Shown here: positions 56,998 through 63,968 of the stretch, piece after piece
How the letters are laid out: each line of letters starts with the position of its first letter
How positions within the stretch are numbered: the first letter of the stretch is position 1
Source: Paraspadella gotoi
Taxonomy: Eukaryota; Animalia; Chaetognatha
Direction: 5' to 3'
NCBI GenBank assembly: GCA_051294375.1
Contig: CM119263.1
Coordinates: 5,640,823-5,704,790, forward strand
Length of the DNA: 63,968 nucleotides
Made by a program: the position numbers and the translations under genes
Notes under the pieces: generated by a model
What the model saw: the letters and a program-made list of their open reading frames with translations, nothing else
Told to the model about the DNA's origin: nothing
Databases searched by the model: none

Positions 56998-59754
56998 CTT
57001 TTTGGCTCGAGCTCTGTCAACAGTAAGTCAACAAAATTATGAATAATTGAATTTTAATGTTAACATTCATATGTGTTAGTTTTTTCGTGCCGTTTAAACT
57101 GGAAATGTTGATAATCAGTGGCAGCACCAAATTAGCCAGCCTTTTGTCTCTTTTCTCTCTCCTCTCTCTCTCTCTCTTCTCTCTGCCATGCTCTCGTCTC
57201 TCTCTCTCGTCTCTCTCTCTCTCGTCGTCTCTCTCTCTCTCTCCCCTCTCCCCCGCAACTGCTTAAGCCTTCGCTGCCTCTTATCATCGCAATAAAATTC
57301 GCGTTGACCATTGATCGTTTTTGGCAGCCCCCTTTCCTACTCCTCCCTCCTCCTCCTCCTTCTCCTCCCTCTCATCTCCCTCCCCTCTCTCTGCTCCTCT
57401 GCCCCCGCAGTAACGTCCCGTTAAGTAATGGTCAAGACAAATAAAGTACAGGGAGATGGCGTTTCCAACCTCGGCTTCGGACGATAAAAGCCTAATGGTG
57501 CCGTCCCTTTTCCTATTATCCCTTTCCTACTGGGCTCTTTTTTTCCTCCTTTCTCTCTCATCTCTTCTCTCTCTCTCTCCTCCTCTCTCATCTCTCTCTC
57601 TCTCCTCCTCTCAGCTCTCTCGTCTCTCTCTCTCTCTGGTCTCTGCTCTCCATCGGTCTACATTTCTTTCTTTGTGATGCATTTCTTACATTCGCTTTCT
57701 ATGAGCTCAAGAGGAGGTTTTCGCCTCTTTGGCAGTTTCATCGTCGGCCCATCCGTCCGTCGTCCGTCGGCGTCGTTGTTGTCTTCCCCCTTTTTAGCCA
57801 TTTAATATTAAGAAAATGTTAACTGTTTATCTGGTAAATGTGTGCTATTAACAGTTAAACAAACACACCCTCAATGAAAGTCAAACAGAGCATATGAGCT
57901 GTCTTTGAAGGATTACAATATTTTTATTGGCTACATTTTCATTTTCCCGCGTCAATATAATTGTCAAACTCAATGATATTACCATTTTTAAAGTTAGACT
58001 CTTCAACACAGAGTCGATACATCTTGAAAAAATTCGAATGTTAACACTAAGAACATCTGTACAAAAAACTGGCAACTTAACAACAGGAACAACAACAACA
58101 ACAACAACAACAACTTTCAGGTCACAGATTCCGATAATCGAATTCTTGCGCAACTTTTTCGTTTCTTCTACAGAAAATGCGAACTCTCGAATTCATCGGA
58201 CCAACTTTTTCTCTTCGCCATTTTCTCTTCCCTTTATTCCTCTCTATTCTTTCCTTCTTGTCTTTTCTTTCTCCCCTTTTCTTCTCCTTTTTCTCTCTCC
58301 CCTTCACTTTTCTTTTTCTCGTCACTTTTTTCGTTTCCTCCCTATCCATTATTTTTTCAATTTTTTCTCTGCCTCTTCTATCCCCTCATCCTCAACTTTC
58401 TTTTCTGCGCCTTCCCTTCGCTTCGTTCTCCTTTCTCCTCATCCCTTGCCCATTCTTTCTTTTCACCTTCCATCATCCTCTCCTCACCCTCCTTCACTTC
58501 TCTCTCTTTTCCCAAGCCCACAAGTCGCCATCTTTCGTCGGGCTGTCGCCCTGTTGTTCGCACCAAATGTCGTGGCAATTGTTTATTTTTTCCGCCGGCC
58601 CGCCGCCAGGGGTCGAGTTGGCGCTGGCGTCGCTTCGCTTTTTTTGTTTGTACGATTGTCGTTTTGTTTTGATGACGTCAGGAGGCCGTTAGGAGGAGGA
58701 GGGAGAGGAGAAGGAAGAGGAAGAAAGAAGAAAGAAGAGAAGAAAAGAGGAGGAGGAGGAAGAAGAGAATAAAAGAAAATTCGAAAGGAAGGAGAGAGAA
58801 GAGAAAACGAATGGCAAGAAGAAATGAATTCCATTGTCAACAATGACCATGTGATGAAGGCTCCTCATTTTAGCTCTCGTCTCTCTCTCTCCTCTCTCCT
58901 CTCTCTCTCTGTCTCTCCTCTCTCTCTATCGTCTCTCTCTCTCATCGCTCTCTTTCCTCTCTTCTCACTCGCTCTCTATCGCTTCAGAAACCCACAAAGG
59001 TGATCATTTTCCAGCGTAAAGTTTTCCGCCCCTAATAATTACGCCGCATCTTTCGTAAAGCACTGCACCGGGTTTTGGTATGCTCTTCCTCTTTCGTCAT
59101 CATTCTCTCATCTCTCTCTCGTCCTCTCTTCTCTCTCTCATCTCCCTCTCTCATCCTCTGTCACTCTCTCCTTCATCCAGTCATCTCTCATCTCTCTCTG
59201 CCCTAAGCCACTTGTCTCAGTATCTCTGCTTTCCGTCATTCGCAAAAATATCATTTAACCTGAAAAACGATTTTCGCAGAGTGAGGGAGTTCAGCAAATG
59301 AGGGAAGAAATTAAGAAAAGAGAAGGAAGAAAATAGAAAGAGAAAGAAAGATAAAATAAGATAAAGAAGAAAAAGAAAGAAAGAAGACAAGAAGATATAA
59401 CGAGAAAATAGATAAGGATAAAGGGTTTAATATTAAAATATAAAATATTTAACAACTAATAAAAAAAATGTTAAGATACAGAGCGAAAAAAGAGAAAGAA
59501 CGAAAAAAATGGACAACGACAACAACAACTACATCGAACGCCCTGGTCTGCCTTTGACCCTTTGAAAAAAAAAACTAAATAAGAGAAAAGAAAAAAGAAA
59601 GAAAGAAAAGAAAGAACGCCTCATCTATTTCGTTCGGTGCAGGTCAGACTTTTCTTTCTTTCTTTTTTTGGTCTTTCTTTCTTTTTCTGTCTTTCTTCTT
59701 CCTTGTCCTTCAAAAAGTTCTGTTCAAAANNNNNNNNNNNNNNNNNNNNNNNNN

Positions 59755-59786
<32 letters not shown>

Positions 59787-60216
59787 TTTCTATCCATCGT
59801 CGTCTTTTATTATTTAACAATTTCGAGATTCAACGCNNNNNNNNNNNNNNNNNNNNNNNNNNNNNNNNNNNNNNNNNNNNNNNNNNNNNNNNNNNNNNNN
59901 NNNNNNNNNNNNNNNNNNNNNNNNNNNNNNNNNNNNNNNNNNNNNNNNNNNNNNNNNNNNNNNNNNNNNNNNNNNNNNNNNNNNNNNNNNNNNNNNNNNN
60001 NNNNNNNNNNNNNNNNNNNNNNNNNNNNNNNNNNNNNNNNNNNNNNNNNNNNNNNNNNNNNNNNNNNNNNNNNNNNNNNNNNNNNNNNNNNNNNNNNNNN
60101 NNNNNNNNNNNNNNNNNNNNNNNNNNNNNNNNNNNNNNNNNNNNNNNNNNNNNNNNNNNNNNNNNNNNNNNNNNNNNNNNNNNNNNNNNNNNNNNNNNNN
60201 NNNNNNNNNNNNNNNG

Positions 60217-60402
60217 GAGGGGCGAATGGGATGGGATGGGAGATGGGAAAAGGGGAGAGATGGCATGGGAGATGAAATGGAGATGAGATGGGAGATGGGA
60301 AAGATTGGATTGGATGGAATATAAGAGAGATGGGATGTGAGATGGGAGATATGGGAGTGATGGGATGGGATATGGGAGAGATGGGATGGTAGATGGGATC
60401 GG
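60217..60402. repeat. Degenerate GGATG/GAGATG satellite
   Basis: Same motif type at ~38810-38940 and ~33405-33460. Confidence 0.8.
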
Positions 60403-60646
60403 AGGAGGTAAAGCGGTAAGTTGAGGGAGAGTGGAGATGAGACGAGGCAAGAGAGTCAATGGGTGTTGTTAAGGAGGAGAGGCTGCCGACGGGGTAAGGA
60501 GACGAGAGGTAAGTGAAACTGGGTAGGGAGTCGAAGGATGAGATGAGTGGGCGTCGAAACTTCGAAAGTCGTTGGAAGAATTCGCATTGAAAGTTGAGGT
60601 CACCCAAGATTCGCGTCTCTAGAGATCGAGAGGCGATCCAGCGTTA

Positions 60647-60684
<38 letters not shown>

Positions 60685-61419
60685 NNNNNNNNNNNNNNNN
60701 NNNNNNNNNNNNNNNNNNNNNNNNNNNNNNNNNNNNNNNNNNNNNNNNNNNNNNNNNNNNNNNNNNNNNNNNNNNNNNNNNNNNNNNNNNNNNNNNNNNN
60801 NNNNNNNNNNNNNNNNNNNNNNNNNNNNNNNNNNNNNNNNNNNCTCTCTCTCTCTTTCTTCGCAAAAATTGGTTTCTAGAAATTTTTGACAGAACTTTTT
60901 GAAGAAAGAAAGAAAGAAAGACAGAAAAAAGAAAGAAAGACAAAAAGAAAGAAAGAAAAGTCTGACTGCCACGAACGAAATAGATGAGGCGTTTCTTTCT
61001 TTTTTTTCTTTCTTTTTTCTTTTTCTCTTTTTAGTTTTTTTTCAAAGGGTCAAAGGCAGACAGCGTCGATGTAGTTGTTGTTGTCGTTGTCATTTTCGTC
61101 TTTCTCTTTTTTCGCTCTGTATCTTAACATTTTTTTTATTAGTTGTTAAAATATTTTATATTTTAATTTAACTTTATCTTATTATTTGTCTCGTTATATC
61201 TTCTTGTCTCTTTCTTTCTTTTTCTTCTTTCTTATTTTTCTTTCTTTCTTTTCTTTTCTCTTCTCTTTTCTTTAATTTCTTCCCTCATTTGCTGACTCCC
61301 TCACTCTGGCGAAAATCTTTTTCAGGTTAATGATTTTGCGAATGAGGAAGAAGAAGATACTGAACAAGCGGAGGAGAGATTGGAATTTTGAGGAAGGAAG
61401 AGAGATACTGACAAGGGTT

Positions 61420-61457
<38 letters not shown>

Positions 61458-61461
61458 CGAG

Positions 61462-61509
<48 letters not shown>

Positions 61510-62597
61510 GAGAGATTTACCAAACCGGTGGCAAGTGCTTGACAAATGGGTAATATTAGGGGCGGAAAACTTTACGGGTAAAAATGATCCGCTTGTGGGT
61601 TTCTGAGCGATAGAGGCGAGTGAGAGAGAAAAGAGCGGCGAGAGAGAGAGAGAGATTACCGAAGAGAGAGAGGACAGAGAGGACGAGTAGCAGAGAGAGA
61701 GGAGAGAGAGAGAGAGAGAGAGAGAGCAAAAATGAGGAAGCCTCATCATGGTGATTGGTTCGGAGAATGCGGAATCATTTCTTCTTGCATGCGTTTCTCT
61801 CTCTCTCCTCCTTTTGCGTATTTTTTTGCTTTTTTATTCTATTCTTCCCTCCTCTCNNNNNNNNNNNNNNNNNNNNNNNNNNNNNNNNNNNNNNNNNNNN
61901 NNNNNNNNNNNNNNNNNNNNNNNNNNNNNNNNNNNNNNNNNNNNNNNNNNNNNNNNNNNNNNNNNNNNNNNNNNNNNNNNNNNNNNNNNNNNNNNNNNCT
62001 TCTTCTTCTTCTTCTTCTTCCTCCTCCTTCTCCTCTCCCTCCTCCTCCTAACGCCTCCTGACGTCATCAAAACAAAACGACAATCGACAAAAAAAAAGCG
62101 GAAGCGACGCCAGCGCCAACTCGACCCCTGGCGGCGGCCGGCGGAAAAAATAAACAATTGCCACGACATTTGGTGCGAACAAAAGGCGACGCGACGAAAG
62201 ATGGCGACTGTGGGTGGGAAAAGAGAGAGAAGTGAAAGGGAGGGTGAGGAGAGATGATGGGAGGAAAAGAAAAGAATGGAAGGGGAGAGAAGAAAGGAGA
62301 AAAGAAGGGAAGGGAAGGGAGAAAAGAAGTTGAGGGGATAGAAGAGGAGAGAAAAAATGAAAAAAATAATGGATAGGGAGGAAACGAAAAAAGGAGAGAA
62401 AAAGAAAAGTGAAGGGGAGAGAGAAAAGGAGGAAAGAAAAGGGGAGAAAGAAAAGAAAGAAGGAAGAAATAAGAGAGAAGTAAAGAGGAGAGAAAAGGCG
62501 AAAGAGAAAAGTTGGTCCGATGAATCGAGAGTCGATTTTTTGTAGAAGAAACGAAAAGTTGGCGAAGAATTCGATATCGGAATCTGTTGACTGAAAG

Positions 62598-62629
<32 letters not shown>

Positions 62630-63968
62630 AAGTTGCAGTTTTTGTACAGATGTTCTTAGTGTAACCATCGAATCAAGATGTATCGATCTTGTGAAGAGTC
62701 TAACTTTAAAAATGGTTATCATTGAGTTTGAAATATTTGAGCGGGAAATGAAATGTAGCAATAAAAATATTGTAATCCTTCAAAGAAGCTCATATGCTCT
62801 GTTTGACTTTCCTATGAGGGTGTGTTGTTTAACTGTTAATAAGACAACTTTACAGATAAACAGTTAACATTTCTTAATATTAAATGTAAAAAGGGAAGAC
62901 AACAACGACGACGACGACGACGACGATGCCGACGATGAAACTGCAAAGAGGCGAAAACCTCCTTGAGCTATAGAAAGGATGTAAGAAAATGACACAAAGA
63001 AATGAACGAGAGAGNNNNNNNNNNNNNNNNNNNNNNNNNNNNNNNNNNNNNNNNNNNNNNGAGAGAGAGAGAAAGAGACAGAAAAGGCTGCTAATTGTGC
63101 TCACTGATATCAACATTCCAGTTTAAACGGACGAAAAACTAACACATATGAATGTTAACATAAAATTCAATTATTCATAATTTTGTTGACTTACCTGTGA
63201 AGAGTCGAGCCAAAAGGTTGCGGAGAAAAAGGAAATAGAGAATAAAAAAAAACGTAAATTAATTCTATTATAAACATCTTCAAATTTAATTTTATATTTT
63301 ATTATTTAAGAATTCGATGAAACTAATACGAGTTTCAGTAACATTAACAAGGTAATCTCTCTTTTACGTATTGTGTTTTTATTCCACTTTAAAAAAAAGA
63401 ACAACAAGGAAAAAAGAAGAAAGAAATAAAAAAGGAAAGACGCTTTCGGTTGAGGTCAACGCAAACCTCAACTTGCAATCACTTCTGCTGTAAAAGCAAG
63501 AAGAATGGGGGCCACCCAAGGCTTAGAGACAATAAAGAGAGAGAGNNNNNNNNNNNNNNNNNNNNNNNNNNNNNNNNNNNNNNNNNNNNNNNNNNNNNNN
63601 NNNNNNNNNNNNNNNNNNNNNNNNNNNNNNNNNNNNNNNNNNNNNNNNNNNNNNNNNNNNNNNNNNNNNNNNNNNAGAGAGAGAGAGAGAGAGAGCGGAA
63701 AAACAAAACTTTGCCGACGATAATGATATCTGTATGAATCTAGAATAAGTGTTGGGTTCTCTGTTGATGGCACAGACCATAAAGACGTCTTGGAGAAAGC
63801 GGGAAAGGAGGGGGAGGAAGAGGAGGAGGAGGAGGAAGAGGAGGAGGAAAGGAGGAAAAGGAAATAATAAAGAAGCTTCCGAGAAAAGGGTTATTATCAT
63901 TGGCGTCTCGACGCTGCCAACCAGACAATCATTGTCATTCTCTTTCTTTCGGAGAGAGAGAGAGAGAG

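Larger units (their letters stand above)
56555..63545. repeat. ~3-kb inverted duplication (56555-59729 vs 63545-60883), probable assembly artefact or inversion haplotype
   Basis: Reverse-complement identity throughout (e.g. ORFs 57927+ and 62761- both give ...LLFAPNVVAIVYFFRRP); indel-dominated differences; 25-N gap at 59730-59754. Confidence 0.93.

Noticed and set aside
57927-58772. 281-aa ORF with an apparent paralogue at 62048-62761
   Set aside because: Both lie in the inverted duplicate, are frameshifted relative to each other, and are low-complexity.

Overview
This is eukaryotic, gene-poor draft-assembly sequence, probably from an invertebrate animal; the taxon cannot be fixed from sequence alone. 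It has about 35 N-gaps (roughly 7 kb by hand count) and is saturated with microsatellites ((AG)n, (AAAG)n, (ACG)n, (CCG)n, (AGG)n, (AAC)n), with almost no (AC)n or (AT)n. I recognise no protein-coding gene, RNA gene, CRISPR array or autonomous transposon; nearly all listed ORFs are translations of simple repeats or N-runs. The largest structural signals are two tandem duplications, one ~3 kb inverted duplication and a small duplication. The three large ones abut exactly 25-N gaps and differ mostly by indels, so they are best read as long-read gap-filling artefacts. What looks biologically real is: (i) short unique islands between microsatellites carrying metazoan TF motifs (RFX X-boxes, octamers, TCACGTGA, YY1, CCAAT arrays, one very dense STAT/Fox/Meis/TCF/Pbx-Hox/NRF1/E2F island), consistent with a large intron or gene desert acting as a cis-regulatory landscape; (ii) many short minisatellites; (iii) one TA-flanked MITE-like element; (iv) a few weak exon candidates. 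I did not find a convincing new biological system; the regulatory interpretation is a testable inference.
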